64,000 bases of DNA from Thermomicrobiales bacterium (GCA_049646645.1 JBARWF010000134.1:2309-66308); one strand, 5' to 3'; counted from the stretch's first letter, positions 30,947-42,056 are shown. Notes: a model not told the origin generated them from the sequence alone. Translations and numbers: made by a program.

Positions 30947-32026
30947 ATGGGACCAGACAACGGACGCGATCGCGGCAATGACGTCGCGCCCTTCTCCGAC
31001 AGCGGCACCACGCTGGCACCCGCCGACACCTGGAACCGGACCCTGGAGGAGATGGGCGGGCATCTGCTCCAGACCTGGGAATGGGGCGAGTTCAAGCGCA
31101 AGCACGGGTGGAGTGCCGATCGCGTGCGGGTCGATACCCCGGCCGGCTCGGCGATGGCGCAGATCCTGTACCGGCGGAAGGGGCCCGCGAGTATGGGGTA
31201 TATCCCTCGCGGACCGGTTTTCGCCGGCGATGTCCCTGCCATCTGGCCGCATCTGCGCGCCGCCATCGACCGTTCCTCCCGGGCTCATCGGGCAGTCACG
31301 ACCATTATCGAGCTCGATGAGCCGTTGCCACTTGCGCGCACATACCACGAGGCGAAGTTGGTCGCTGGCCCGGCGCATATCCAGCCGGGGCGGACGGTGA
31401 AGATCCCGCTGCTCGATGACGATGCACTGCTGGGACAGATGCATCAGAAGACGCGATACAACGTGCGGCTGGCGGCCCGTCGCGGCGTCCACATCACGCG
31501 GGAATCCTTCACGGATGAAGCCATCGACCGCTTCTACGAGCTGATGACCGACACCGCAGAGCGCAACGCGTTCAGTATCCACTCGCGTGCGTATTACGCG
31601 GATTTCCTGCATGCATTCGGCGATCGCGCCTGCCTGCTCTTCGCGCGCGTCGACGGACATATCGCCTCGGTGCTGATCTCGGCGCGGTTCGGTCGCGAAG
31701 CGATCTACATGTACGGCGCGTCGTCGACGGTCCACCGCGCGCATGGCGCGGCCTTCCTCCTGCAGTTCGAGGCAATGCGCTGGGCACGGGGCGAGGGGAG
31801 TACGACTTACGATCTGTGGGGTATCCCGGAGCACAACCCGGAGACAACGGCGAGCGATACCGATCCCGGTTCGGTGGCGGGGTCCAAAGGCGAAGACTGG
31901 CGCGGGCTCTACCGGTTCAAGACCGGCTTCGGCGGTGAGATCGTCACCTATCCTCCCGCCCTCGAGCGACGCTACGTGCCCGTCGTGCCATGGCTGGCAC
32001 GCAAGCTCAATCTCATCAGGGGCTGA
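30947..32026 (+). CDS. FemAB-family peptidoglycan interpeptide-bridge aminoacyltransferase
   Basis: Supporting motifs are LLQTWEWGEFKRKHGW, KTRYNVRLAARRG and YDLWGIP...GLYRFKTGFGG. Confidence 0.85.
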   Translation: MGPDNGRDRGNDVAPFSDSGTTLAPADTWNRTLEEMGGHLLQTWEWGEFKRKHGWSADRVRVDTPAGSAMAQILYRRKGPASMGYIPRGPVFAGDVPAIWPHLRAAIDRSSRAHRAVTTIIELDEPLPLARTYHEAKLVAGPAHIQPGRTVKIPLLDDDALLGQMHQKTRYNVRLAARRGVHITRESFTDEAIDRFYELMTDTAERNAFSIHSRAYYADFLHAFGDRACLLFARVDGHIASVLISARFGREAIYMYGASSTVHRAHGAAFLLQFEAMRWARGEGSTTYDLWGIPEHNPETTASDTDPGSVAGSKGEDWRGLYRFKTGFGGEIVTYPPALERRYVPVVPWLARKLNLIRG

Positions 32027-32031
32027 ACCGG

Positions 32032-33576
32032 ATGATCGCTTCGTTGCTCCACCGTGCCGAGGGCATGGCGTTTCGTGAACTCGCACGGGTTGTCCCGGAC
32101 GCCTCGGTCGTGGGGGAGGGCGATCCGGTGATCGCGGCGATCGATTACGACTCCCGGCGCATTACCCCGGGAGCACTCTTCGCCGCATTGCCCGGTGCCG
32201 ATTTCGACGGCCACGCCTACGTCGGGAACGCGGTGGCGCAAGGCGCGGTCGCGGTCCTATGTGAACATCCGCTCGATCTGCCGGTGCCGCAGATCGTGGT
32301 GAGGGACAGCCGGGCCGAGTTGGCCCGGATCGCGACCGCATTCTACGGCGACCCCAGCCGCCTCCTGGCGACGTTCGGCATTACCGGAACCGACGGTAAG
32401 ACGACCACGAGCTACATTCTCGAAAGCATCCTGCAATACGCGGGTCGCACGACCGGCGTGATCGGGACGGTCGGCATTCGCATTGGCACAGAGCGGACCT
32501 ACGATCTCGGGCACCAGACGACGCCCGAATCGAATCTCGTGCAAGCATTCCTGCGCACGATGGCGGATGACGATGTCGACGCGGCGATCATCGAAGCGAC
32601 ATCGCACGGGCTGGCAATGCACCGCCTCGATGGCGTGCAGTTCCGTTTTGCCGGGGTCACGAACATCACCCATGAGCACCTTGAGTTCCACAAGACGATC
32701 GAGGCATATCGTCGGGCGAAGGCGATCCTGATCGAGCGGACGGCTGCGGCAGGTGGTGTTGTCGTGCTCAACGCCGACGATGAGGGCGCGCGCTCGATGG
32801 CGAACTGGGCCGATGGCGCCGACCTCTGGTGGTACAGCACTGAGGAAAGCGCAGACGCACGGATTCGCGCCGTCAATGTCGTGCCCGGCAGGAGCTCGTT
32901 GTCGTTTGATCTGGCGATTGATGATGAGGTCGTGCCGGTGGTACTGCCTATGATCGGGGATTTCAACGCCGCGAACGCCCTCTGCGCGGCAGGTCTCGCC
33001 CATGCGGCCGGGGTCGAGACGGAGCTGATCGCCGAGGCTCTGCACCAGCCGGTCGAGGTGCCCGGTCGCCTGCGCCTGCTCGACGAGGGACAGCCGTTCG
33101 ATGTTGTCGTTGACTACGCCCATACTCCTGAGTCATTGAAGAAGATCATCCTGCTGCTGCGCTCGCTGCATCCACAGCATCGGGTGATCGTCGTGTCCGG
33201 GTCCGCCGGCGAGCGCGACCCGACCAAGCGCCCCTTGCAGGGCGCGGTCTGCGCCGAACTGGCGGACTTCTCGATCTTCACGAGCGAGGATCCGCGCAAC
33301 GAGGACCCCGATCGCATCATCGCGGACATCGCCACAGGCGCGCGGCAGGCTGGCGGCATCGACGGGACCGATTTCATCGCGATCACCGAGCGCCGGGAGG
33401 CGATCGCACGCGCGTTCGAGATTGCAGAGCCCGGTGATTGCGTGCTACTGGCGGGCAAGGGGCATGAGACGAGCATCATCTGGGGGTACGAGCACGTCCC
33501 CTGGGATGAGGCCGCGGTCGCGATGGAGCTCCTCGCGGCGCAGGGCTTCACGGGTGAGATTCCCTCGACGCGGTGA
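32032..33576 (+). CDS. murE: UDP-N-acetylmuramoyl-L-alanyl-D-glutamate--2,6-diaminopimelate ligase
   Basis: Mur ligase motifs GITGTDGKTTT and a DNPR-like segment (EDPRNEDP) are present. The start was re-picked at 32032, 5 nt after the femAB-family stop. Confidence 0.9.
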   Translation: MIASLLHRAEGMAFRELARVVPDASVVGEGDPVIAAIDYDSRRITPGALFAALPGADFDGHAYVGNAVAQGAVAVLCEHPLDLPVPQIVVRDSRAELARIATAFYGDPSRLLATFGITGTDGKTTTSYILESILQYAGRTTGVIGTVGIRIGTERTYDLGHQTTPESNLVQAFLRTMADDDVDAAIIEATSHGLAMHRLDGVQFRFAGVTNITHEHLEFHKTIEAYRRAKAILIERTAAAGGVVVLNADDEGARSMANWADGADLWWYSTEESADARIRAVNVVPGRSSLSFDLAIDDEVVPVVLPMIGDFNAANALCAAGLAHAAGVETELIAEALHQPVEVPGRLRLLDEGQPFDVVVDYAHTPESLKKIILLLRSLHPQHRVIVVSGSAGERDPTKRPLQGAVCAELADFSIFTSEDPRNEDPDRIIADIATGARQAGGIDGTDFIAITERREAIARAFEIAEPGDCVLLAGKGHETSIIWGYEHVPWDEAAVAMELLAAQGFTGEIPSTR

Positions 33577-33671
33577 CCCGCTCGTCGCCTGGTCCGACCT
33601 CTCGCATAGCGTGATAGGGGAGAACCGTATCCTCCAGATGGCTCGCAGGGGTATCTGGTCGGGTGTCGGAA

Positions 33672-33720
33672 GGATATCGGGCTTTGCCCGATCGGGTCGA
33701 CCCGTGTGTCGACCCCTACG
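33672..33720. repeat. Family-B double-hairpin unit (reverse orientation)
   Basis: The sequence ggatatcgggc-ttt-gcccgat-c-gggtcgac-ccgtgt-gtcgaccc-ctacg is nearly the reverse complement of 58434-58480. Confidence 0.6.
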
Positions 33721-33736
33721 AACGGGTATGCGCGCA

Positions 33737-34357
33737 CTAGTCGTCGGCAGCGGCGGCCGAATCCGTTGAGCCGATCTCCTCGATCTGCGCCGTTGAGGCA
33801 TCGTCGCTGGCGCTGTCCTCATCTGATGCCGCCGCACGCTTGGCCGCGGCGACCTGCAGCTCTGCCACGCCCAGCCCCGCCGCAACGCCCAGGAGCGTCG
33901 CGACCGACACACTGCGCGGCACGTTGATACCAAGCGCATGATCGAGCGAGTACCGGCCCGGCCCGTTCGTCGCCACCATCAGCCCGATCAGGCCGTAGAG
34001 CAATGGCGCTTCCGCTCCGCCCGACGTGACCCAGATCGGCAGCTTCCAGTGCGCTCGCCGCGCGGCGGCGATCATCGCGCCCTGCATCATGATCGGTCCG
34101 ACCGGTCCCCCGGCCCCCAGCGCGAGTAGTGCACCGCCTCCGAACTCGGAGAATCCGCCCAGCGCCGCCCATTGCTTGGCCGGCTTGAGCCCGGTCGAGG
34201 AGAGAAAGCCGGCGAATCCGTCGAGGCCCGGTCCCTGGAACGCCCCGAAGAGCTTCTGCGCGCCGTGCGCCGCCATCACGCTGCCGGCGCCCACGCGCAG
34301 GGCGAGCAACCCCGCGTCCGCCACGCGTCCACGGTTGCCAAACATCTTGGTTCTCAT
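33737..34357 (-). CDS. DoxX-family membrane protein
   Basis: It has the motif LALRVGAGSVMAAHGAQKLFG and 4 hydrophobic segments. The start was re-picked at MRTKMFG. Confidence 0.72.
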   Translation of the reverse strand: MRTKMFGNRGRVADAGLLALRVGAGSVMAAHGAQKLFGAFQGPGLDGFAGFLSSTGLKPAKQWAALGGFSEFGGGALLALGAGGPVGPIMMQGAMIAAARRAHWKLPIWVTSGGAEAPLLYGLIGLMVATNGPGRYSLDHALGINVPRSVSVATLLGVAAGLGVAELQVAAAKRAAASDEDSASDDASTAQIEEIGSTDSAAAADD

Positions 34358-34518
34358 AATTGAAGTCGGACCCTTCCTTGGTAGAAAATGCGCCTTGCGA
34401 CCGGCGCGAACCATACGGGTCATTATGGACTTACCAATAGTGAGTAGTCAAGAGAAGGACTGGGCCAATGTGACAGGCGGCATCCCTGCGGCGAACGGAG
34501 AGGCATGACACATGACAA

Positions 34519-34550
34519 GACCAGCCGGGCGGAATTCCGCCCGGCTGGTC
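34519..34550 (-). terminator. Perfect 14-bp hairpin downstream of aspS
   Basis: The hairpin gaccagccgggcgg-aatt-ccgcccggctggtc lies 27 nt after the aspS stop. It is followed by a U-containing tract (uugucau) on the minus strand. Confidence 0.55.
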
Positions 34551-34576
34551 CTGTGTGGTGGTCTTGTAGAGAAGCC

Positions 34577-36418
34577 TTATTCCCCGGCGGCACCCGCGCC
34601 GGAGATCGTCTCGGCGGCTTCGGCCGCGACGCCGGGCTTGAGTTCCAGCCCGAGCTCGTCGATCTGCTGCGTATCGACCGTCGACGGTGCGTGGAACATC
34701 AGGTCGATGCCGCGCTGGTTCTTCGGGAAGGCGATAACATCGCGGATGCTCTCCTCGTCGGCGAGGATCATGGCGAAGCGATCGATGCCCATCGCGATCC
34801 CGCCGTGCGGCGGCGCCCCGTACTCAAACGCATCGAGGATCGCGCCGAAGCGCTCGGCCTGGTCCTCGCGCTTGTGCCCCATCAGCTCGAAGACCCGCGC
34901 CAGCTTCTCGCGCTGGTGGATGCGGATGCTGCCGCCGCCCAGCTCATTGCCATTGCCGACGAGGTCGTACTGCTTGGCCCGTACCGCGCCGGGATCGCTC
35001 TCCAGCAGCGGTTCGTCCTCGGCGTAGTAGCCGGAGAAGGGGTTGTGCGTCGCGTCCCAGCGATTCCCCTCCTCGTCCCACTCCAGCAGCGGGAACTCGT
35101 AGACCCAGCAGTAGGCGAGCACGTTGGGATCGGCGAGATTCAGACGCTGCCCGAACTCGTCCCGCAGCGCGGAGAGCGTCTTCGCGACGACCGCCGGCTG
35201 ATCCGCGACGAGCAGGACGAGATCTCCCGGCGTCGCGCCGATTCCGGTCGTGAGGGCGGTAATCTCGTCCTCGCTCAGGAACTTCGCGATTGGCGACTTC
35301 ACGCCGTCCTCGCTCAACGCGATCGTCGCGAGCCCCTTGGCCCCGGCCCGCTTCGCCAGCTCGGTCACCTCGTCGATCTCACGCCGGGTGTACCCGCCGC
35401 ATCCCGGCACCACGAGCGCCTTGACCTGGCCGCCGCTCGCCAGCACACCGGCGAATGCCTTGAACCCGGTCTCCCGCAGCGCGTCCGAGACATCCTGCAG
35501 CTCAAGTCCGAAGCGGAGATCCGGACGGTCGTTGCCGAAGCGGTCCATCGCCTCCTTGTAGGTGAGTCGGGGGAAGGGCCGCTCCTGGATCGTCTTGTCG
35601 CTGTAGGCCTCGGTCAGCTTGATGTAGAGGTCCTCGATCAGCGACATCACGTCCTCCTGCTGGACGAATGTCATTTCGAGGTCGAGCTGGGTGAATTCCG
35701 GCTGCCGGTCGGCCCGCTGGGCCTCGTCGCGGAAGCAGCGGGCAATCTGGAAATAGCGGTCCAGACCCGCCACCATCAGCAACTGCTTCAGTTGCTGCGG
35801 GGATTGCGGCAGCGCGTAGAAGCTGCCGGGGATGCCGCTGCTCGGCACCAGGAAGTCCCGCGCGCCCTCCGGCGTGCTCTTGATCAGCAACGGCGTCTCG
35901 ACGTCGACAAACCCGCGCTCATCGAGGTAATCGCGGATGAACTTGACCAACCGGTAGCGCAACAGCATGTTGTTGCGCATCTTCGGCCGTCGCAGGTCGA
36001 GATAGCGATATTGCAGCCGCAGCGACTCATCGACGTCCACCTCCTCGTTGATGTAGAAGGGAGGCGTCTTGGCCTCGTTCAGGATCTCGATCCGCTGCGC
36101 CTCGAGCTCGATCTCGCCGGTCGCCATCTTCGGGTTGGCGGTGCCCTCGGGCCGGATGCGCGCCACGCCCGAGACCTCGATCACGTACTCGTTGCGCAGC
36201 GAGCTCGCGATCTCGTGGGCTTCCGGTGCGATCTGCGGGTTGAAGACGATCTGCGTGATCCCGAACCGGTCCCGCAGGTCGATGAAGATGAGGCCGCCAA
36301 GGTCTCGCCGCCGGTTGACCCAGCCCTTCAGCGTGACCTCCTGTCCGGCGTCGCCGGCGCGCAGGGTGCCGCAGGTGATTCGTCCGACGGCGTCCGGTTG
36401 TACGTCAATGGGTTGCAT
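34577..36418 (-). CDS. aspS: Aspartate--tRNA ligase (bacterial type)
   Basis: It has an OB-fold N-terminus ([26 protein letters not shown]) and class II motifs ([12 protein letters not shown]). The insertion domain is present. The start was re-picked at MQPIDV. Confidence 0.93.
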   Translation of the reverse strand: MQPIDVQPDAVGRITCGTLRAGDAGQEVTLKGWVNRRRDLGGLIFIDLRDRFGITQIVFNPQIAPEAHEIASSLRNEYVIEVSGVARIRPEGTANPKMATGEIELEAQRIEILNEAKTPPFYINEEVDVDESLRLQYRYLDLRRPKMRNNMLLRYRLVKFIRDYLDERGFVDVETPLLIKSTPEGARDFLVPSSGIPGSFYALPQSPQQLKQLLMVAGLDRYFQIARCFRDEAQRADRQPEFTQLDLEMTFVQQEDVMSLIEDLYIKLTEAYSDKTIQERPFPRLTYKEAMDRFGNDRPDLRFGLELQDVSDALRETGFKAFAGVLASGGQVKALVVPGCGGYTRREIDEVTELAKRAGAKGLATIALSEDGVKSPIAKFLSEDEITALTTGIGATPGDLVLLVADQPAVVAKTLSALRDEFGQRLNLADPNVLAYCWVYEFPLLEWDEEGNRWDATHNPFSGYYAEDEPLLESDPGAVRAKQYDLVGNGNELGGGSIRIHQREKLARVFELMGHKREDQAERFGAILDAFEYGAPPHGGIAMGIDRFAMILADEESIRDVIAFPKNQRGIDLMFHAPSTVDTQQIDELGLELKPGVAAEAAETISGAGAAGE

Positions 36419-36497
36419 CGTTCCGCATGTTCTCCCGTCTGTCGCGCATGGCGCGATGTGGGCATCCTGTGCCCGTCGCTTCAATTCATCAAGGTAA

Positions 36498-37829
36498 TCA
36501 GGAAGATCGGTTCTGGTCCTGGAGCACATGCTCGCGAAGTGCGTCTCGCAGGACTCGCTCCGGATCATCGCCCGCCTGCACGATCGCCGCAATCGCCTGC
36601 AGCAGAAGGTCGCTCCGGGCTTCTGGCGTGGACTGCGTCTCGCCGTTCGGCGGCAGGGGATGCTTCGCGAAGTACCGTGTCGCCCGCGTCAGGGCCGGCA
36701 TGGAATGCGGCTGGCCATCGACGTCCTTCTCCGGCTTGGTGGAGGGCGCGGCGCGCTTCTCCTCCGCCTTCACCCGCTGCCAGATGCGTGAGAGATCGGC
36801 CTGGGTCTCCGCGACCTCGTCGGCGAAAACGTGCGGGTGACGGCGCACGATCTTGGCGGCGATACCCTCGTAGACATCCTCGATCGTGAATTGCCCCGCC
36901 TCTTCCGCGATCTGGGCCTGGAGCATGATATGGAGGAAGAGATCGCCCAATTCTTCCTCGAGATTCGCGGTATCGCCGGATTCGATCGCGTCGATCACCT
37001 CGTAGACCTCATCGAGGAAGGATGACGTGAGCGATTCGTGTGTCTGCGCGCGGTCCCACGGGCAGCCATCGGGAGCACGCAGGCGCGCGCTGATATGCTG
37101 CATCGTCCGCGGATCGCGTCCGGCCACCAGCGTCTCCTGGGCGGGCACCCATAGTGCGACCAGCGGGCCGGCGGGGACACCTGCCAACTCGCCGACCGTG
37201 TGGTGCGAGATCACTTGTCCCGGCAAACCGGCCTCATCGATCCGGATGACCTCATGATCGTTCGGGAGAATGCGCTGCAAGCAGGAGGCGACGGCAGCAA
37301 TCATTGGGGTGTCGTAGACGTGAGTGAACAGCATAGGTCGGCGCGGAGACCCGGTGAAGGTACCGCCAGCGAACGGCTGATCTGGCAGGGAATGCGCCAG
37401 GAACCGCGCCGCGAAGCATTGGGCACCCTCCAGCAGTGGATCGACGCCCAAGGCGGTCGCAATCAAGTCGATCACACTGATGCCATCCAGCACGCGTGTC
37501 GTCAGGCCGCGCCTATCGGCCTCGCGGACGGTGCTTACCACCAATCCCTCACCGAACCGGGGGTGTCCCGGGATCGCCAGCGCCACCGGGCCCGCTTCTG
37601 CACCATCACAGATCGCCGCGGCCGATGCGTCCCACCGACCGTCAGGAAGTCGCAGTGGAGCGATATCGGTCACCGTCTCCAGGTCAATGATCGGCGAGAG
37701 ATCGAGATCGGGGTGCATGCGTACGAATACGCGCGATGCGGTGTCGAGTACACGACGGGCACCGGCCGTGAGGCGATCGGGATCGCCGGGTCCGAGACCG
37801 ATAATGGTGATGGCGGGCTCGGCACTCAT
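36498..37829 (-). CDS. Tetrapyrrole-methylase-like domain fused to MazG NTP pyrophosphohydrolase (YabN-type)
   Basis: The N-terminus [15 protein letters not shown] matches the TP_methylase fold. The C-terminus has the MazG motifs [21 protein letters not shown] and [10 protein letters not shown] 4-nt overlap with the lepA stop is present. Confidence 0.8.
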   Translation of the reverse strand: MSAEPAITIIGLGPGDPDRLTAGARRVLDTASRVFVRMHPDLDLSPIIDLETVTDIAPLRLPDGRWDASAAAICDGAEAGPVALAIPGHPRFGEGLVVSTVREADRRGLTTRVLDGISVIDLIATALGVDPLLEGAQCFAARFLAHSLPDQPFAGGTFTGSPRRPMLFTHVYDTPMIAAVASCLQRILPNDHEVIRIDEAGLPGQVISHHTVGELAGVPAGPLVALWVPAQETLVAGRDPRTMQHISARLRAPDGCPWDRAQTHESLTSSFLDEVYEVIDAIESGDTANLEEELGDLFLHIMLQAQIAEEAGQFTIEDVYEGIAAKIVRRHPHVFADEVAETQADLSRIWQRVKAEEKRAAPSTKPEKDVDGQPHSMPALTRATRYFAKHPLPPNGETQSTPEARSDLLLQAIAAIVQAGDDPERVLRDALREHVLQDQNRSS

Positions 37830-39664
37830 TTGCCGGAAACCTTCTCTCCGTTTCCGAGACTGAGCACGGCCATGAACGCCTCCTGCGGGATCTCGACGCT
37901 GCCGACCATCTTCATCCGCGCCTTGCCCTCCTTCTGCTTCTCGAGCAGCTTGCGCTTCCGGGAGATATCGCCGCCGTAGCACTTGGAGATCACGTTCTTG
38001 CGCATCGCCTTGATCGTCTCTCGCGAGATGATGCGGCTGCCGATCGATGCCTGGATCGGCACATCGAACATCTGGCGGGGGATCAACCCGCGCAGCGATT
38101 GCACGAGCTCCCGCCCCTTGTAGTAGGCATCGTCACGGTGCGTGATGATCGAGAGGGCGTCCACCGTCTGCCCGTTCACGAGCACGTCCAGCTTGACCAG
38201 GTCCGCCTCGCGCATGCCCGCGAGCGTGTAATCGAGCGACGCGTAGCCCTGCGTCCGGCTCTTGAGCTGATCGTAGAACTCGACGATCAGCTCCGCGAGG
38301 GGGATGTCGTACTTCATCTGGACGCGATCCTCGTCCAGATAGATCATCTCCTCGAAGACGCCACGCCGTGTCGTCGCCAGGTCCATGATCGTGCCGATGT
38401 AGCGGGAGGGCGCGATGATGCTGAGATGCATCCATGGCTCGCGGATCGAGGAGATCTCGCCCGGGCTCGGCATATCGGACGGGTTGTCGACCCGCCGCAC
38501 CTCGCCATTGGTCATCTCGACCTCGTACTGCACGCTGGGCGCAGTGGCCAGCAGATCGAGCTTGTACTCGCGCTCCAGCCGCTCCTGGATGATCTCCATG
38601 TGCAGGAGCCCGAGGAAACCGCAGCGGAAGCCGAATCCCAGCGCCATCGAAGATTCCGCCTCGAAGGTCAGCGCGGTGTCGTTGAGCTGCAATCGCTCCA
38701 GTGCCTCGCGGAGTTCCGGAAAATCCTCGTTGTCCGATGGGTAGAGTCCAGCATAGACCATCGGCTGCGCTGGCCGGTAGCCAGGCAGCGCTGTGGCCGC
38801 AGGTCGCGATGCGACGGTGATCGTGTCGCCGACCTGGCAGTCCTTGACCACCTTGAGTCCGGTAGCGATGTAGCCGACTTCGCCCGTCTTCAGGGAGTCG
38901 GTGGCGTGCAGTTCCGGGTTGAAGAAGCCGAGCTCGAGGATCTCGGCGTCCTTCTTCGTGCCCATCACGCGCAATCGCTCGCCCGAGCGGATCTCGCCAT
39001 CGACAACCTTCACGTAGGCGATCACGCCCTTGAACGAGTCGTAGTGGGAGTCGAAGATGAGCGCCCGCGCGGGCTCGTGCTCTCCGGCCGAGGATGGCGG
39101 CGGGATTTTGGCGACGATCGCTTCCAGGATGTCTTCGATGCCGATTCCGGCCTTGGCCGAGGCGGGGATGATCTCGTCGTCCAGCAGCCCGATGAACTGC
39201 CCGACTTCTTCCGACACCCGCTCCGGATCGGCGTTCGGCAGGTCGATCTTGTTGATGACGGCGATGATGGCGAGCTCATGCTCCAGCGCAAGGTAGACGT
39301 TCGCCATCGTCTGCGCCTCGATCCCCTGGGCGGCGTCGACCACGAGCAGCGCGCCCTCACACGCGGCGAGGCTGCGGCTCACCTCGTAGGAGAAATCGAC
39401 GTGACCCGGCGTATCGATCAGGTTGAGCTCATAAGCCTGCCCGTCCTTTGCCGTGTAGCTCATGCGGACGGCTCGCGCCTTGATCGTGATGCCCTTCTCG
39501 CGCTCGAGATCCATCGTATCGAGCATCTGCGCCTGCAGGTCGCGCTCGGCGACGGTGCCGGTCGTTTGCAGCAGGCGATCGGCAAGGGTCGACTTGCCGT
39601 GGTCGATGTGCGCGATGATGCTGAAGTTTCGAATGTGGGAGGTGGACTGGCTGTGATCGCTCAT
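37826..39664 (-). CDS. lepA: Elongation factor 4
   Basis: It has the motifs [22 protein letters not shown] and DTPGHVDF, plus the LepA C-terminal domain. The start was re-picked at MSDHSQS. Confidence 0.93.
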   Translation of the reverse strand: MSDHSQSTSHIRNFSIIAHIDHGKSTLADRLLQTTGTVAERDLQAQMLDTMDLEREKGITIKARAVRMSYTAKDGQAYELNLIDTPGHVDFSYEVSRSLAACEGALLVVDAAQGIEAQTMANVYLALEHELAIIAVINKIDLPNADPERVSEEVGQFIGLLDDEIIPASAKAGIGIEDILEAIVAKIPPPSSAGEHEPARALIFDSHYDSFKGVIAYVKVVDGEIRSGERLRVMGTKKDAEILELGFFNPELHATDSLKTGEVGYIATGLKVVKDCQVGDTITVASRPAATALPGYRPAQPMVYAGLYPSDNEDFPELREALERLQLNDTALTFEAESSMALGFGFRCGFLGLLHMEIIQERLEREYKLDLLATAPSVQYEVEMTNGEVRRVDNPSDMPSPGEISSIREPWMHLSIIAPSRYIGTIMDLATTRRGVFEEMIYLDEDRVQMKYDIPLAELIVEFYDQLKSRTQGYASLDYTLAGMREADLVKLDVLVNGQTVDALSIITHRDDAYYKGRELVQSLRGLIPRQMFDVPIQASIGSRIISRETIKAMRKNVISKCYGGDISRKRKLLEKQKEGKARMKMVGSVEIPQEAFMAVLSLGNGEKVSGK

Positions 39665-39932
39665 GTGCGGCGGCAAGTTCCTGATTCTGGACGTGAAGGG
39701 AGGACGGACGGCCAGAGACGTCGCACTATGCAGACTGCCCGCCGACAAGGGGTACCGGCTCGCGCGCTCGCGCCTCGCCGGTACGGATATGGAAGAAGTA
39801 TAGCCAAAATGGCGGGACCACTGGGCGGGCCCTCCGGCCCTCTCACGGGAAGACCGGTCTTCATTCGTCGGGGGCGGCCGCGGTCCGCCTCTACAACACC
39901 GGAATGAACGCATTGTGGGACCGATGCCTCAT

Positions 39933-40032
39933 CCGTAGCGGTCGACCTCGTGTCGACCATCGGCCGGAGGCCGATATCCGGGCCGTCGTGAATCGGCGAC
40001 GGCCTCGCCGATGGGCCGGTCGAGATATGGCC
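39933..40032. repeat. Family-B unit plus additional GC hairpins
   Basis: The unit ccgtagcg-gtcgac-ctcgt-gtcgac-c-atcggcc-ggag-gccgat-atcc spans 39933-39979. It is followed by an 8-bp hairpin, ggccgtcg/cgacggcc. Confidence 0.6.
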
Positions 40033-40145
40033 TTGGTGGTACGGACCATCGGTGCGATCCGTCGGCTCCGCTCGGGACAGGCGCCAAGTCGCGCCTTACT
40101 AATGCGCCGCCGGCAATCTTGCCGAGACAACGTATCGCACGGCAT

Positions 40146-41825
40146 TTACAGCATGCCCAGCTTGTCCAGCGCTCTCCTGGCGGGACCGGGCAGCTTGGCC
40201 GCGACCTTGCCAACAACCCCCTGCAACTCCGGGATGCGGAAAATGAGCGCGAAGACGACGAATGCGACGATGTACATCGCCATCGCGTAGAGGAAGAGCG
40301 GGTATTCCACCAGCAGTTCGCCGGCATGTGCCTCCATCGCCGATTCCAGTGGCCCAACGGTCAGGAGGACGATCGCGCTCATGCCGGCCGTCGCCGCGAG
40401 GACGCGGGCGAGCCACGGCCAGAAATCGGGAGCGACAACGTTCCCGATCCGGTGCCGGAGAAAGAAGAGCAGGATCACCGCCTCGGCGGCGGTCGTCACG
40501 CTCAGCGCGAGGGCGAGACCTGCCTGGTCCATCGAGCCGACGAAGAGCGCGCAGAGGATGATGTTCAGGATGATCGTCAGGATCCCGGTGATGACCGGTG
40601 TGCGCGTATCCCTGGTCGCGTAGAAGACGCGGGTCAGGATCTCGGTGATGCCGTAGCCCACGAGCCCGACCGCGAACCAGGCGAGTGGCGCGACCACGAA
40701 GGCGGTCGATTCCGCGCCGAAGTTACCGCGCTCGTAGAGCACCTGCACGATCGGCTTGCGCAGCAGCAGCAGACCAGCCGAGGCGGGGATCGTCAGAAAG
40801 AGCAGGGGACGCATTGTCCGGTCGAGGAGATCGCGGAAGCCGATCTGGTCGCCCGTGCTGTAGCGCGCCGCCAGCGCGGGAAAGGCGACGGTGGAGATGC
40901 TGAGGGCCAGCACGCCATGCGGCAGCATCAACAGCTGCCAGCTGTAGTTGATGGCGGAGACGCCAGATGGACCGGCGATCGAGGCAAACGCCGTCACCGC
41001 GATGAAGTTGATCTGGAAGGCAGCGAGCCCGATCACGCGCGGCCCGAGCAAGCGCAGGACTTCGCCCAACCCCTCCACCTGGCGGGAAACCGTGGGCGTG
41101 AACCGCATCCCGCAGCGGATCAACCCCGGTACCTGCACCAGGAAATGACCAAGCCCGCCGATGATGACGGCCCAGCCGACCGCGTAGATGCCGAAATCGT
41201 CGACGAAGAAGAGCGCGCCGATGATGATCGCGATGTTGTAGATGAGCGGCGCGATGGCCGGCAATGTGAACTGTTGCTGCGCCTCGAGAATGCCCTTGGC
41301 GGCGATACCCAGCCCGAGGAACACCGGCGACAGCAGCAGGATTCGCATCAGGTTGACGGCGATATCGGCCGTATGGCGGTCGAATCCCGGCGAGACCAGG
41401 TACATCAATGGCCGCGCAAGGATGAACATGGCGATGGAGAGCGCCACCACCGTAATTCCCGACCAGGTCAGGACGGCGGAAGCAAGCCGCCACGCCCTTC
41501 GCTCGTCACCGTGCGTGATGAAATCACCGAAGACCGGGATGAAGGCCGCGCCAAAAGCACCGGACATCACGGTCAGAAAGAGGAGGTCGGGAATGCGGAA
41601 CGCGCTGACGTAGGCGTCCATCTCCGGACCCGTGGCGAAGGCGCGCGCGAGGATGACTTCGCGCATCAGCCCGAGCAGGCGGCTGAGGATGAAGGCGACG
41701 CTGACGATAACCGCGCTCCGGGCCATGCTGGGCGCGAGCCGCCGCGCTGCAGACATCGGGGCTGCTTCAGCCTCTTCCTCTATGATCTGGCGGCGATTGC
41801 CGAAAACCTGGGACGCCTGACTCAT
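40146..41825 (-). CDS. murJ: Lipid II flippase MurJ/MviN
   Basis: The 559-aa polytopic protein carries MurJ-type motifs (RVFYATRDTRTPV, LLMLPHGVLALSISTVAFPAL). Confidence 0.88.
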   Translation of the reverse strand: MSQASQVFGNRRQIIEEEAEAAPMSAARRLAPSMARSAVIVSVAFILSRLLGLMREVILARAFATGPEMDAYVSAFRIPDLLFLTVMSGAFGAAFIPVFGDFITHGDERRAWRLASAVLTWSGITVVALSIAMFILARPLMYLVSPGFDRHTADIAVNLMRILLLSPVFLGLGIAAKGILEAQQQFTLPAIAPLIYNIAIIIGALFFVDDFGIYAVGWAVIIGGLGHFLVQVPGLIRCGMRFTPTVSRQVEGLGEVLRLLGPRVIGLAAFQINFIAVTAFASIAGPSGVSAINYSWQLLMLPHGVLALSISTVAFPALAARYSTGDQIGFRDLLDRTMRPLLFLTIPASAGLLLLRKPIVQVLYERGNFGAESTAFVVAPLAWFAVGLVGYGITEILTRVFYATRDTRTPVITGILTIILNIILCALFVGSMDQAGLALALSVTTAAEAVILLFFLRHRIGNVVAPDFWPWLARVLAATAGMSAIVLLTVGPLESAMEAHAGELLVEYPLFLYAMAMYIVAFVVFALIFRIPELQGVVGKVAAKLPGPARRALDKLGML

Positions 41826-41909
41826 TCATTGCCTGACTTCACGAGCACAGATTGCAGGGGTGACCGGGCGGATGTGACCTCGCCCGGCCCGCCGGTTGAC
41901 GATAGCATA

Positions 41910-41938
41910 TTGAGCGAACGCACCGCATTTGGTAGACT
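41910..41938 (+). promoter_or_regulatory. Candidate sigma-70 promoter for rpsT, TTGAGC-17-(TGg)TAGACT
   Basis: The -35 (41910-41915) and extended -10 (41933-41938) lie about 120 nt upstream of the rpsT start. Confidence 0.4.
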
Positions 41939-42056
41939 GAACCGATCGTCCCGAATGGGCCGCCGTTTGTCGTGTCTCCGTGCAAGCGCGCAACCCACCA
42001 GTGCCCGGGCCGAATCCACATCCACTGTCGATATCACTGGCTGAGGAAGGTTCATT

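Noticed and set aside
36419-36497. A possible T-box or leader upstream of aspS.
   Set aside because: The spacer is only 79 nt, too short for a T-box, and no specifier/antiterminator pattern is seen.
34505-36889. A 794-aa plus-strand ORF.
   Set aside because: It lies antisense to aspS and to the MazG-fusion gene. It is Arg/Leu/Asp-rich with no motifs.
39665-39913. N-terminal extensions of several ORF-track entries. Affected genes include lepA, aspS (36419-36592), cmk (12492-12773), rph (19019-19165), rarD (4584-4814), yebC (55365-55526), larB (57464-57643) and the DHA2 MFS (48082-48438).
   Set aside because: The extensions run through repeat or intergenic DNA or overlap upstream genes, and they precede the conserved family N-termini. 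Internal Met/GTG starts fit better.
38099-42044. Two long plus-strand ORFs (602 aa and 677 aa).
   Set aside because: They lie antisense to lepA and murJ respectively. They are classic high-GC shadow frames.
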